Assembly (NCBI GenBank): GCA_013416795.1
Contig: RQSC01001393.1
Coordinates: forward strand, 103,515-167,514
From: Prasinococcaceae sp. CCMP 1430
Lineage: Eukaryota > Plantae > Prasinodermophyta
Reading direction: 5' to 3'
DNA: 64,000 bases
Shown: piece by piece, positions 35,019-48,271 of the stretch
Layout of the letters: every line of letters starts with the position of its first letter
Position numbering within the stretch: position 1 is the first letter of the stretch
Position numbers and translations under genes: made by a program
Notes under the pieces: generated by a model
The model's input: only the letters and a program-made list of their open reading frames with translations
The model's database searches: none
What the model was told of the DNA's origin: nothing

Positions 35019-38000
35019 ATGGCGCCGGCCGCTGGCATTGCTGCGCGCCACACGGCAGTACGCTCGCAGCGCGCTCTCGAGGCCGCTGCCTCCCACTCCT
35101 GGCACACCTCCGACGCCGCCGCGGCGCGGCGCGTGGGGCTCGCGCTGAGCGGCGGCGGCTTCCGCGCGGCGCTCTTCCACGCTGGTGCCATCGCGCGGCT
35201 CGCCAGAGCGGGTGCGCTCGGCGCCGTTGAGGTACGAAAGGAGTGCCGGGCGACGCCGGGGCGTCATGCGAGAGGGGAGGGGACGGGTGACAGCGAACGT
35301 GTGCGCCCTTTGCGACATTGTGCTGATGATGATCGGCATGAGCAGAAACTGCCACGGTGTCGCGCTGACGGTTGTCGTCATCTTCGCTAATACGCGTTTA
35401 CCCCTGCTCGCCGCGCGTCGGCGATGGCCTCATCGATCGGTGCTCTCGGCGCGTGCTCGCGCTCGGCAGGTCATCAGCACCGTGTCTGGCGGTAGCATCG
35501 CGGGGCTGCTGCTACACCTCCTGCTGAAGCGCCTGCTGGAGACGAAGCGCGACGAAGAAATTACCCGTGAAGGTACGCATTGTCGCATCCTGCTTGCGTC
35601 GAGAGACCGCTACGAGTAGTATCAGTTGTCTTTTTCGTCGCTGGTCCTACGTCATAGACAGAGCTTATGAGGCGACGTCGTAGCTGACAGGGCCTCTGTG
35701 TGACACCGTAACTTCGTCGCGCCCTCGCTGCGCCCGCGCCTCTCAAGACTACGTGCAGGTCGCGGAGGAACTCTGCCAGAGGTGCGTCCGTGGCTTCGTC
35801 GCAGCGCCGCGTCCTTCGTGCTCGTCTGGACGTCTGCCCGTGCGCGAGACCATCATGTTCTGACAGCTCAGCTGCTCACGCGCATCGCCGCGGGCGCGCT
35901 GGCAATGGCACACGCACGCAGGCTCTTTGCACTGACGTCCCGCGGCGTGATGTGGGCGGCGGTGGGCCATCCCCGCGATGCTGTGCTAGTGTCATTTGAG
36001 CTGTCGGGCGAGCATTCGCGCCTGGACACGATCGCGCGCCAGATCCGCAAGTATTTGTACGAGCCGCTCGTCGAAGAAATGGAGGCCGAGCAGGCTGCTC
36101 GACGCGAGGAACACCGTGGCGGCGGAAAGGAGGACGCGCGCGACTCGGCGGAGACCACCCGCGCGGACGCAAGCCCCCTCGACACACTCGAGGGGTTGAA
36201 AATACAGCCCAAAGGCGCCCCTGATGGATTTGAGCCGGGCCAAGATAACTCCGCACGGACGAACAAGGTGCCCATACTGCTGATGAATTGCACGGTGCTC
36301 AACGACTCTCACCGCTGGGTGTTTTCATCCGTGGGCTGGTGTGGCGAGGTGGTGGGGGACTCGCCGCTCGATCATAACCCGCCACTTCCTCGCGTGTGGT
36401 ACGCCGACATGCCTGAGCGTATGGTGCGACGACTTCACCCCGCGCTTGCGGCTGCGGCAAGCGCGGCGGTGCCGGGTGCCATCAATCCGCTTGAGCTCAA
36501 AGGCAAAGACCTGTGGCCACAGGGAGCGGCGACTGCGTATGGGGCCGCCAGCAAAAGAAGGGTGTCTGTCGGCGGTGGTGGCAACGTCGGAAATCGCTCC
36601 GAGTCGCCGCCCGCTGACCAGGAGGAGATGCGGCCTCGCCGCGCCGCCTCTGGCCACGCCTTCGGGCGCCGCGTGCACAGTGCCAAGAGCGGCAAGCTGG
36701 ATTCGTACAGCGAGCGTTTACGCAAGTGCTCGCTGGCACTCGCTGATGGCGGGGCGAGCGACAACACGGGCATTCAAACGCTCCTTGACGCGGGGTGTGA
36801 CCTGCTCCTCGCCTCAAATGCTGGAAGCGGGGCGATTTGGCAAAGCGTCCCTTCGTCGCTCAGCTCCAACCTCTCAGCAGGGCTGCGTGCGCTCGTGACG
36901 CTACGCGCGAACCTCACGAAGGTCGTTGTCGACCGTGCTGCGAGTCAAGCAGCGCTGGTAGTCCACGTAGGCTTGAGCTTCTCACGAAGCTCCGAAGCAG
37001 CGTGGTTCCGCCCATCCCGTGCTGCGGCGTCGCACAGAATCAACACGCAGGGCAATCACCGCGCCGGACTGCACATACTTCAGTCCGCGCGCGAACGAGC
37101 GGACTCTTGGGAGAGGGCGGTGATGCGTGACGATGCCTCGTCCCCGTCACTGACCATGGCCGACGGAAGCGACACCCAAGACAGCGGCACTGGGGACACC
37201 ACTGACGGCGTCGTGCAGCACACGCAGGATGGCGTGGAGGAAGAAGTGGCTCCGGAGCTACTTCGCCCTGCACGGCCACTTTCGAAGGACGTGCTCAACG
37301 CCGTGCGCGTGATGCGCACTGCGCTGGATAGTTTTAGCGAGGTCGAAGCTTGTTCTCTGGCCGCAGTTGGCTACATCGAGTGCGGAGGGCAGCTCGCGCG
37401 CCACGCGGAGCAGCTCGTGGCGCTGCTTGGGCCTCACGGTCACCGCGGCCGATTGCTGGAACCGTCCACTGTCGCCGAGCAGGAGGCGCGGGTGCGAGGC
37501 GTTGCCTGCGCACACTCAAATGGTAGGACTACGAAGGTCATTCGCGCGTTCAACAAGAGGGAATCTGCCGCGCTGTCGCTGGAGGAACAGTGCCCACGCA
37601 ACGGCGGCAGGGGTGAAAACGGAGCCAAGAAGGGTTTCGCCCCGGCCGTTGCAATCGCAGAGGTTGGGGCGATGCCTAACAACGCTCCAATCGTGAGCGA
37701 TGAGGACGCGTCAGAGGACAGCGAAAAAAGTGCTGTACCCTCCGGCAAGGCCACGACGGGCTCAGATGGCCTCGTGGAGGAGTGCGTGCCCTTTGCGTTC
37801 TTGGAGATTGCCCCGCTACTCCGCGGGCGCACTAACCGCGCCGATGAAGAACAGGGCAGCAGCGGCTTCTTCTACAGGGCGAGCGCACCGTTGCGCCGCG
37901 TTGTGCGTCGCGCACGCGCAACGCGCGCGCGCAACGCCTCGAGCGACGACGGCACCCGGCGGGCGGCGCAGGACGTACTGATGCAGCTTCGCGCGGGATC

Positions 38001-39637
38001 CTCCCAGATATTTCGCCACCACAAGCTCTACCCGTGGCTGGGACGGCTGTTGCTGCTACTGGTAGTTTGCTGCGTGCTCGCAGCGCTCGGCGTGATCATA
38101 TGGGTCATTGTTGACCAGTTCTGGGACTATCCCAATCGCGAGTCGGTCCGCAGCTGGGGGAACTCGGTGCTCGGTCCGGTTGCAGAGGACATCGAGCAGA
38201 CGATGAACCAACAACTACTCGACCCCGCCACTCGCGCCTTCAGCCTGTACCAATTCATGGCGTTCATTTTCGGTGACAGCGTCAACGACGCAATCGCCGA
38301 CATCATCGCAGACAGTAACTTCACGACCTCCAACTTCACCGTCGAGGACTTCGTCGAGTTCCTCGAAATGGACAACGTTACGCTGGCCCCTTCGGTAGAC
38401 CTGAATTTCACAATGGATGGATGCGTGCCATACGTCGAGGGGCAGTTTGCCTTCACAGTCGTGGACTCTCTAGGGCTCGTATCAAGTGAGGGCTCAGTCT
38501 TGGAGATACCGGCGAAATTCAGGGAGAGCTTCGGGTGAGTCGGCGCGCCGCCGACTGGCAAGCGGCCATAGCCCACTACTCACGGCGCGAACGATTTGCC
38601 TCTGCCGGTCTGAGTGCCCTCGTCTCCCTGCTGACTCTCACTCATGGACCTGCCATGTGTCCGTATCGCCTGGGCAATTTAGGAACTTCTCGTGCCGAAT
38701 TCAGATGGGAGTCAAGGGGCCAGGCGCCAGCACGTGCGGTTTCGACCTGTTTGACTATAGCCAGCCGTACGCGTACCTCGTCGATGTGACTGCGGAGCAG
38801 TGCGAGGCCTTCCAGGACGATGAAGACGCTTTTTTGTCTCTGTTCCTCGCATTCGTTGACTTTCAGGTGCGCAATCTCTTCACGCGTGCGCCGCCCTCGT
38901 AGCGCTCGTTGCAACGCTTCCTTCCTTCGAGCACTTGGGCACCCCCGTGGCCCGCTACCCTGCGGCTTCGAATTGCTCTGTCTGTCGCGCAATCGTTGAC
39001 GCAATATCTCACGTGCATGCACCGTCCGGTAATGTGCGCGCGCGCGCACCGCTGACGCAACGATGCAAACTGCGAATGCCGCGCGCAGTGCCCTGCTGGC
39101 GGAGGACAAGGCGCCGCGACCATGAGCTTAGCTCGCCAGTACAACGACAGCTGCTTTCCTGTGCCATCCACCATCGAGGAGCTCAGTACTGCTATCGGTG
39201 CGAACAACGCGAGCGCGGACCCTTTTGTGAATGGCGGTGGGGTGACGACCTGCCAGGCCCTTCAAACATTTGAGGAGGAGTCGATCTGCGAAGACTGGGA
39301 CAACCGCACGATCTCTACCGTAAGCCTTGTGCTCATCGTGCTGCTGGGAAGCGCCTTCTTGCTCGCAAGCAAATTTCTGCCGTACGCTGGCTGGGGCACC
39401 GCCTTGATCATGTGCTGCGTGCAGCTGGTGCGTACCTTTGGGCCGCGCGTGATGTACAAAGTTACGTGCAATCGCACCCGCTCCTGTGCTGACGATTGTG
39501 CACGACGATGGTCACTGTTGGCCCATGCAATTGCCTCGTAGGTGCTGGCGTGGTCCCACCGCTACATGGTCGAACCGCTCACCCGTCGACGAGGCTCCAT
39601 GGAACGCCTGCGCAGTCTATGGGGCGAACGAGGGTAG
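35019..39637 (+). CDS. Patatin-like phospholipase with C-terminal membrane-anchored Cys-rich region (about 7 exons)
   Basis: GLALSGGGFRAALFHAG | VISTVSGGS (catalytic Ser) | LADGGASDN (catalytic Asp). GT-AG introns at 35231, 35573, 35783, about 38535, 38867 and 39430; TM segments near 38040-38110 and 39310-39430. Confidence 0.85.
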
Positions 39638-40071
39638 CCGCTTCAACCGACAGAGCGGTGGCAGTGCGCACGAAGAGACGTACCGTAGCTAGAAAGCGAG
39701 AGCGCGGTCGTCGTGGCACGCGCGCAGGCTCGCTCGCTCGCTCGCTCGCTTGCGCTCGCGTTCGGGGAACCGAAAGCGAAAGCGAAAGCGAAAAAAGTGA
39801 GCCAACGGACCACACAGTGATTAAACAACAAGAAGTATTATCAATGTATCCAACGGGCCAAGCACAGAGGCGACTGACGTGTGGCGTGTGGCGGGGAGGG
39901 GGGAGCCGCGGGGGCGTCGCACGGCCCTCTTACACCACGAGGTGGCCGCCCCCGCGCCCCCGCGGCTGCTTCTGGGGGCGCGGCGCGCCAGGCCGCGCAC
40001 GCGCGCGCACGCAGCGCGCGCGCGCGCGCGCGCGCGCGAGTGCGCGTGCGACGCGCGCGCGAACGCCTCCC

Positions 40072-43000
40072 TCACAGGGGCAGGCGCCGCGTGACGGCGT
40101 CCATCCATCGCCGCTTGCCGCTGATTATCCACCGCCGGGCCTGCGATGCTGTCCTCGGCCGCTCGTACGGACTCGCGCGCGCCTTGAGGAGCCGATCTTC
40201 GGCAGCCGCGATCCGCGCGCCGAGCAGTCTGGCGCGCGCCTCGCCTGCGTCGGCGGCGCCCGAGCGCGACGCAGCGAACTCCGCGAGGAACGCCTCGAAG
40301 GAAAAGGCGAAGAGGACGCGTGTAGCAAGCACCGCCGGCGCCGCGTACGCCACGAAGAAGAACACCTGCGCGGGCTCGCTCGTGCCGGCCACCATGCCAT
40401 CTTTGACGATGTGCCAGTCGTTGCCGCACAGCAGCTCGAAGAGCGTCACCAGCGCGCTCGGCCAGTCGGCGAACGAGTTGCGGAAGTACGCGCGCGCTTC
40501 GTACTCGGTGCCGGCGAGCGCCGGGTTCAAAGCTTCGCACGGTACCACGCCCTCTCCGCCGCGAACGTAGTGCAGGTAGCACGGGCGGTCCGACACGCGC
40601 TCGAGCATCCGCTCGACCATGACGCCATCATCCGCGTCTAGCCAAAGGCCCGTTTCTGTGTCGGTGCACACCAGCGTCCGGTTGGCCTCGCCACCGAGGT
40701 ACGGCACCTCCACGGCCCTCAGGGCGCGGTCACAGTACTCCAGGAGATCAGACGCCTCAGGCACGAGCCGCACCGCACCGCGGAACACGGCTACACCAGT
40801 GAGCGCCACGATGTGCAAGAAGCCGCCGATAGCCAGCGCGAACGCGCACATGACACTCGCAAGCCCCTGAAAGGCACGCCCGAGGGTGCGGAAGCCCACC
40901 ACCGACGAGCCCATGTTGACGATGCGCAGACACCGCAGCAGAGGGAAAAAGTTGACGAAGCCAGCGCTCGCACCAGCCGCCTTCGCCACGTCCAGCACGG
41001 CCGACACCACGATCACCGCCGCGTCGAGCGTGCCCCACAGCTCGAGCCTCAGAACGGGGTGCACGCGCGCGGCAATCTTGGCGGCCAGCTCGAGCGCGAA
41101 CGCCATCGAGAACAACACCGCAACGGCATTTACGGCCGTGCTGTCGTCATCGCGCCGGTGGACGCCCACGCGCACGGCGATCAGCGCACCCTGCATGATG
41201 AGCGTGAGAATGACGCCCACCTCGAAGGCCGGACGTGTCACCAAAGTTCGCAATGGCTTCAACCGAGCGGCCGTCTCCTTCGTCGGACGCGTCAGCGTGC
41301 CCTCAGCGCATTCGAGGCGCATGGGGTGCTCCAGGAGTTCGACCAGGCTGCCAAACTGCTGGGCCGATAACATGAGGTGACTGTCGGGCATATGCGTCTC
41401 ATCCGTGCCGTTCGCTCCATTCGTGCCCTCACCAGCCGCAGTCGTGACCCCGGGTAACGCGTTGGCACCCACGGTGGCGCTACCCGGCCTTGCCCTGGCC
41501 GCTAGGAAGAGGACGTCGGCAAGCTCTGCTGGCGTGGAGCTCGAGCGCATTGGTTGGCGGGAAGCGGCGTTGAAGCTAGTCAAGCGCCTCAGCGAATGAC
41601 GCGCGTCGGCGCCGATGCTGCCATCAGATCCCGCCGCCGCATCCGCTGCCTGCAGCGCGAGGGTTGCGAAGCGGGAGTCGATCTCCTCGAGGTGGGAGAA
41701 GACCCGACGCCACGCGTACAGAGGCAGCCCGGAAGGCCTGCCGTCCTCGCTGTCGCCGCAGGCCTCAGTCTTGCCACCCTCGCCTTCGTGTAAAGGAAGG
41801 CCACTGCTGAGCTCCTCAAATATGGCGTCGAGCACCTCCTTGCGCCTTCGTGCCAGCGTTGCAGCGCGGGTCTGGCATGAGCCCACCAGCGCGGCATAGA
41901 CGGCTGCGTCGAGGAAGAAAGTGAGCACGAATGCTGTGAGCACCACAAAGGCCATGAAGAAGAGCGCGTTGGGCCACGCGTACGAGTAGTATGGCATCAT
42001 GACGGCTGGGAAGTTCGAGAGCGTCGATGCCACTCCGAAAGACTCGAGTGCATCGTGATAGGAGCCGAAGCCCTCGAAAACGAAGCCCGCGGAGTCAGTG
42101 AGCGTGCTGTAGCCAGCGTACCCCACCAGCGCGAACAGAACGGCCGCGGCAGCAACCACGGCCATTACGCGCAAGACCGCCGGCGCGCATCGCGCAATCG
42201 TGGCGGAGACGAAACGCGACTGCGTCGTAGAACCCATGAGGAGCACCGCGCGGATGTATCGCCCCGGGCGCCACACGACGTAGTCGATGTACTCTTTCTC
42301 CGACACGCCCGCCGCATGCACGACAAGCAATATTGCGCCCTCTATTGCGGCCAGGACCACCGCAGCCGTCTTGAGCTTTGGCCACACGCCCGCGTCGGTG
42401 CGCGCGCGCATGGCGAGGAAACAGTCGGCGCCATGGACGCCCAGCAGTAGTAGCTCCACGAAAAGGATCCACGCATCTGCGCTCGGCGACCATTTCGCAC
42501 CACCGAGGATGCCCGCCGGTCGCGGTCGCTCCCACACGCACAGGCTGATTAGAAGCAGTGTGGAGGCGACGACGCACGTGCGCCACGCGCGACTCGTGTA
42601 TACGCGGTAGGACGGCAGCATGGCCGCGCTGAGCAACGGAGGGGGGAGGCCGCGATGTAGGGCCCACAGGTGGACTGCCGCCTGTCGCTCCCTAGGCAGG
42701 TCGTCGGCGAACACGACCTTCTTGCCGACGGCGGCCGCAGCGGCGGCGAGCACACGCTTGCGCGATGCCTGCGCCTTTGCGGGCGTATCCGCCAGCGGCA
42801 CCGCGCACAGCGGGGTCGACGGCACTGAGACAGCTCTCAGGCTCGCGCGTGGCGTGTTCTGAGGGCTTGGATAATCGCTATCCCCAGCCGAAAAATCAAC
42901 CGTGGGGGGGCTTTCGACGCACACTTCCTCGCCTGCATCAGCCGCGAGAGGCACGGCCCGCGAGGGCAAGTCCTCCGTAGCAGCACGCGCTTCCATGTTT

Positions 43001-45437
43001 CGCGCAGCAACTCCCTCGTCGAGCTCTTTGAGCGCCGTTGCCATGTCCTTCATCTCTGCTGCCCTCTTCAAGTCGTCTGGGTCCTCCTCAGGGCCGTCAT
43101 ATTTGAGAGTGCCTTGCATGGCCTTGCCCTCGACGACCCAATGCATCAGGTTCTTGCGGGTTACGATGCCGATTGGCACCCATCGGCCGTCCACCACCGG
43201 GAGGTGGCGCATGCCGAGCCGCCGGAAAAGGCGGATCGATCGGCCCAGCGCGTCGCCCGCCCGCACAGCTACCGGCGAACCGTCCATGACATCCGCAACA
43301 GTCGCGTCAGGATCAACCTGCACGCGCTCGAGCATCGACGTGCTCACGACACCCACGAGCGCGCCATCGCGGTCGACTACCGGAAAGCCGTTGTGCGACG
43401 TGGTGCGCTTCGCAGCGAGTGCCTCCTGCACTGAGTCGGTCTCACGCATGCACACCGCAGGTGCCGCCATGACGTCACCCACACACGCCCGTTCCTGCAA
43501 TTCGTTGGGATGATCGCCCACCACGGGAAGGCACTTGAGATGAATGAATTCATGGTAGAGTCCGTCGTTGAACAGATTGCCGACAATGACGGCCGCGATG
43601 GTCGCGCATGCGATGGGCGGCGCCAGCAGCAGCGCCGACGTGAGCTCCACGACGAGGATCGTAAAGAAAAGCATGATGCGCCCCGAGCCCGCCATCATGG
43701 CCGCTGCACCGACGATGGCCATGACGCCAGGCTCCACTGGCACACCCAGCGGCACACAGGCGAGGCCCATGAGACGCCCAAGGCACGCGCCCATGAAGAT
43801 GTTGGGCACCACGAGGCCCGTCGGCAGCGCGATGCCGACCGTGATCACAGCCATGGTGAAGTACAGAACGAAGGTGACCAGCACCTCGTGCCATGCCACC
43901 GCGCGCGTGAGGCCCTCGCTGAACAGCAGCTTGATCGCCTCGGGCGCCGGCACGAAGAGCAGACTGGCAGCGGCATTGTACTCACCCTCAGGACATGCGT
44001 ACTGTGACAGGAGGTGCTCGTCGATGCTGAATTGCTCCCAGCCCTCGACGTAGGTCGCCTGGTAGGGTTTCTGGTCGGAGTCCTCGTACTTCTCGGGCGT
44101 CATGAGTGTGTGGTTGAAGAGCTCCGAGCCCGGATAGACGAGCTTGTCGACGATCTGGCTCTCAACGTGCGGGTTGGGGCAGAAGTCGCTAGTGGTGGCC
44201 TTGTCGTACACCCTGCCCGCAGTCTTGTGGAGGCACGGGAAGGCGGAGGGCGCCCACGTGAACAGGCTGGCCGTGACCAGCCCGACCAGCACGACCTCGA
44301 CCACGCGCCGCAGGGGCATCTTGGCAGTCACGTTCGCCATGCGCCATGTGTTTATCTTGACGGCAAGCCAGTTGAAGAGCGCCCCCATGCAGCCGCAGAT
44401 GGCCCCAAGCAGGATGAAGATGGGGATGGCCCACCACGCATAGAAGCACTCGGGATGCTCGCTGATGTTGCCGACGTTGAACTTCACGTTCAGGGTGGTG
44501 TCGCCGGCCTGCGCTGCCTGCAGCCAGTACGACGTCCAGTATGCCGCCACACACGCGATGAAGGTCTTGTGAATCTCCTCGACGCTCACGTACGCCAGAT
44601 CCTCGAGGACGAGCGCGACGCCGCTGGCGGGCGCCAGGAAGGCGGCGGCGACGCCCGCACCCGCACCGAGCGCGACCATGTTGCGCAGGACGTGGCCGGA
44701 CAGGCGCAGCCTGGGGAAGAGGCCGCACATCGCGCGCCCCACGCAGGCGCCGATGTGGATGACGGGCCCCTCCGGCCCACACGCCAGGCCGCTGGCGACG
44801 GCGAAGGTCACGCCGACTGTCGTGGCGAGGCCCGTCTGCCAGTCCACGTGCCCTTCCAGTCGCACGCCGTTGACGTACGCCATGACGCCGGGGATGCCGC
44901 TCGACTCGGCTGCAGGCTTCCAGAGCACCATCGCCACGCCGGGCAGAGTGATGACCACCAGCGCTGCCGCGTACACCAGGTAGCCCCGCACCATATCGGC
45001 CCCGCCCTCCGAGCCCTCGATGAAGCTGTTGGCAAGCTTGAACTTGAGCTTGGTGAGCTTGTACGAGAAGAGGTGAATCAGGTAGGACAGCAGGCCCACG
45101 CCCACGCCCACCGCGGCCGCGATCAGCCAGCTCGCTGTGGCGTGCTCGCCGCCAATCACGCCGAAACGCGCACTGTACCGCCGCTCCACGTGCGACTTGG
45201 ACTCGAATGTGGCGATGCGCGCGTGCGTGGCGCGGGCGTGCTCGCCGTCCGCCGCGTACGCCGCCGCGCGCAGCCCGCCGAACGCGCTCAGCCCAGAGCC
45301 GCGGCGGTGGCCGCCGCCGGCTGCCTTGCAGCCTTGCGCAGGGCGCCCTTGGGCGAGCCCGTGCCGTCCGCGGGGCCGCCGGCCGGGTCATCCGCGCCCG
45401 ACGCCCGCGGCGCTGGCGGCACGGGCACGTCCGCCAT
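40072..45437 (-). CDS. CLC chloride channel/transporter + 2 CBS domains fused to a complete two-pore channel (TPC); probable start 45437 with a frameshift or short intron near 45295
   Basis: Single 1705-aa ORF: SSGIP, GPEGPVIHIG, GLVVP, GLY (CLC); HNGFPVVD and GMRHLPVVD (CBS); two 6-TM units with STLSNFPAVMMPYY and YFRNSFADWPSALVTLFELLCGNDW (TPC pore domains I and II). Confidence 0.9.
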
Positions 45438-46575
45438 CGCGCGCTTGCGGGGCCTCGCGCACGCTGCCCGCCACTGGGAGTCCGAGAGGGGATGGCCAAG
45501 GGGTAGCAGCGGCAGCGGGCTTCAGGGAGCTTCGGCGGCGAGCGGCAGCAGCCCGTGCGCACGCCGCCGGCCCACGCCGCCGGCGCACGCCCGGCGACGG
45601 CGGCGACGCGGCCACGCCGCCCCCCAACCCTTCCACCCCCCGCCCCCCAAAAGCGTGTGCCTCGTATGGCGCCCCCGCACGCGCACACAGCCCCCTCCCC
45701 CCACTTCCGCCGCCGCACTCAGGTCCCAGCACCCACAGCCAACGTACACACTACGCTGCACACTGCACACACACGGGCAGACACGCACGCACGCACGCGC
45801 GCGCGCACGCGCGCGCAGGTGCGCGCTGGAGCCCCGACCGAGGGAACACGGGGAACGTGCGCCCCTTCCCCCCAGCCGGGCGACCGGCCGGGCCACACGC
45901 GTAGCCAGACGGGCTTGCCAGCCCAGCAGCTTTAGCCAGACGCACCCGGCCGGAGCCCGCTCGAGCGGGCGCTGCCCCGGCCGGGCACGCACGCGCGCGC
46001 TTCGGGGAACCTCGCCTCGAACTCGTTCGCCCAAACCCAAACCCCTACCGCCCGACTTTGCATTCGAATGTTCGTCAAAAATCAAAATATATGAACCCTA
46101 AACTACAAAGACCTCAAATGCGTCCAAACCTGCCGGGGGAACGCGTCCGGAGCGCGCCCCTCCAGCCCTCGTGGCGGCCCGCGCCGGGGGGCGCTGGGGA
46201 GCACAGCTCTCGCGTCTGAGCGCGTGTCGTCGAGGCGGTGTGTGTGTGGGAGGGGGTGTGCGCAAGGCGCTGCTCGCGCCACTGCCGCCGCGTGCGGGTG
46301 GTGGTGCGCGTGGGCGCACCGGCTCCCGCCCCCCAGCCTCGCAGGAGCGCCCTCGGGACGTGTGCGCCTGCGTGCCACGGGGCGTGGGGTATCCACCGCC
46401 CGGTTGTCGGCACGCGTGCTCTGCCCCTCTCGCCGATGAGGGAGGAGGGGGCGACGCGGGGCTAAGAGGAGAGCCTGACGTGCACGCTTTGCCTGCGTGC
46501 GCTCCCTGGGAACGCGGCCGCGCCGCCGGTGCGCTTGCGAGTCCTGCGCTCTCGAGAGAGCTCGCCGCCGGCGGC

Positions 46576-47261
46576 GATGGAGCCGTCGGCGCTGCCGCTC
46601 GTCGCCGCGGCGCGCGCGCGGCGCGAGGCGCTCAACGCGGCCGCCGAGGGACTCCACGCCGCTGGCGACGAACTGGCGGGCGCGCGAGCTCGTGCTCGCG
46701 CTCGCGGGCACACGCGCGCTCATGCGCCTGCGCGGACTGCGGCGCGCTTCATGAGTGCTGAGGAAGGTGCGATCGAGCACGCGCTTCGCTCTCGCTGGGC
46801 GGGCCTCTGCGCGAGCGCCGTCCTTGTCGTCGCGCGCCCCATCTCCCCCACCACACACACACCACCACGCGCGGGCGCGCGCCTGCAAGGCTGTCGCCAT
46901 CCTGCGCACGCACGCGCACGCACTCACACACAAACGCACACGCGCGTGCGCGCGCCCGCCCGTTCGTCCGCCAGTGGCCGTGAGCGACACGCATGGAGCT
47001 GAGGCTGCCTTCTTGCGCCAGCTCGTGGCGCCGTGCACACCGCGCAGCCCTCCGCCGAGCGAGGAGCGCGCGCGGGCAGCAGCCCACACGACAGCACCGG
47101 CTGCAAGCGCACCCTCGAAAGCGTTGCTCGCTGGCGCCGGCCCCGACAGAGATGACATCGACGCCGTAGGTGTCGAGTACGGCGGCAAGGCCGCGGCCGC
47201 TGTTGCGGCAATGCGGCGGCACTGTGCGGAGGTCGACGCGCTAATCGCGCGGTTGACGTGA
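46576..47261 (+). CDS. Hypothetical 2-exon protein
   Basis: ATG 46576 (MEPSALPLVAAARARREAL..), donor GAAG|GTGCGA about 46768, acceptor CCGCCAG about 46972, ends EVDALIARLT-stop; no family recognised. Confidence 0.45.
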
Positions 47262-47467
47262 CGGCGAGGCGTGACGCTCTCGCATGCTACGCCAGCGGGT
47301 GCGCCCAGGCGACCGGGCGCGCACTCACGCGCACGACGAGTGTACGACAATGTATAGTACTTTATATACAAACACAACGACGGCGATGACGCGTGGTGCG
47401 CGCGTCTCGCAAACTGTAGGTCGACCACCAGCTCGCACGGCACCCGCGCATGCGCGGCGCGCCTCGC

Positions 47468-48271
47468 TCAAGCGCGCGCTAGCCTCGCCCTCGCTCGGCC
47501 CGCAAGCCGCCCGATGCGGGGCCCGAGGAGCGCAGCGCCCGTGACGACCAGCGGGAACAGCAGCGCGCTCGACCACGCGGCGAGGCAAAGCGACGCGCAC
47601 GCCCCGGTGGCGTCGGCGAGCGCCGCGTTGCCCCCGAGGCCCTCGCCGACGAACCTGCCCAGGAGCGCCTCCAGGTCCACCCCCTTGCGCAGCGCGATGA
47701 AGAAGAGCACCGCCGACAGCGGTCCTATCACGTTCTTGGCGGTCATGTACGCGAGCCCATACTCGGAGGTCATCGCGCGCGTGATCTCTCCCGCGCGGCG
47801 GACGGCCGCAGGTCGCTCGCTCACGCGCTCGGCCGTGCTGCCAGCTGGGTCCACGCTGCCGCCGCTCCCAGTCGGCCCGGTCGCCTCTCCGACGGCGAGC
47901 TCGCCCGCGCCGGCTCGGTGTCGGCACGCACGGACGACCGCGGCGCACGAGCGGGAGAGCCACAGCGCGCCCGCGCCCAGCGCTCGCTCTCCGGCGTCGA
48001 TCATGAGCCCAACGTCGACCCGTGCGAGCGCGGGGCACGCTCGCGCCAGCGCGGCGGCCGCCACGGCGTCGAGCGCGAGGCGGGGGACGCGGATGGCCTT
48101 GGACAGCCCGTACGCGAGCACGAATTCGGGCGGCACGCTGACGGCAACGACCCGGTGCAGCAGCGCCCACAGGCAGAGCGCGCTGCCCGCGTCGAGCAGC
48201 ACGAACGCCACGAGGCAGCCGCCCGCGGACGCGCGCAGGCCTGCGTTCATGAGCGCCACCCACGCCTCCAC
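47468..48271 (-). CDS. DUF1279/FAM210-like membrane protein
   Basis: FVLAYGLSKAIRVPRLAL and EYGLAYM..PLSAVLFFIALRKGVDLEALL resemble DUF1279 halves; several hydrophobic helices. Confidence 0.6.
   Translation of the reverse strand: MEAWVALMNAGLRASAGGCLVAFVLLDAGSALCLWALLHRVVAVSVPPEFVLAYGLSKAIRVPRLALDAVAAAALARACPALARVDVGLMIDAGERALGAGALWLSRSCAAVVRACRHRAGAGELAVGEATGPTGSGGSVDPAGSTAERVSERPAAVRRAGEITRAMTSEYGLAYMTAKNVIGPLSAVLFFIALRKGVDLEALLGRFVGEGLGGNAALADATGACASLCLAAWSSALLFPLVVTGAALLGPRIGRLAGRARARLARA

Noticed and set aside
45290-45296. Second selenocysteine TGA at the CLC 5' end
   Set aside because: The downstream CLC sequence is in a different frame and there is no redox motif; more likely a frameshift error or short intron.
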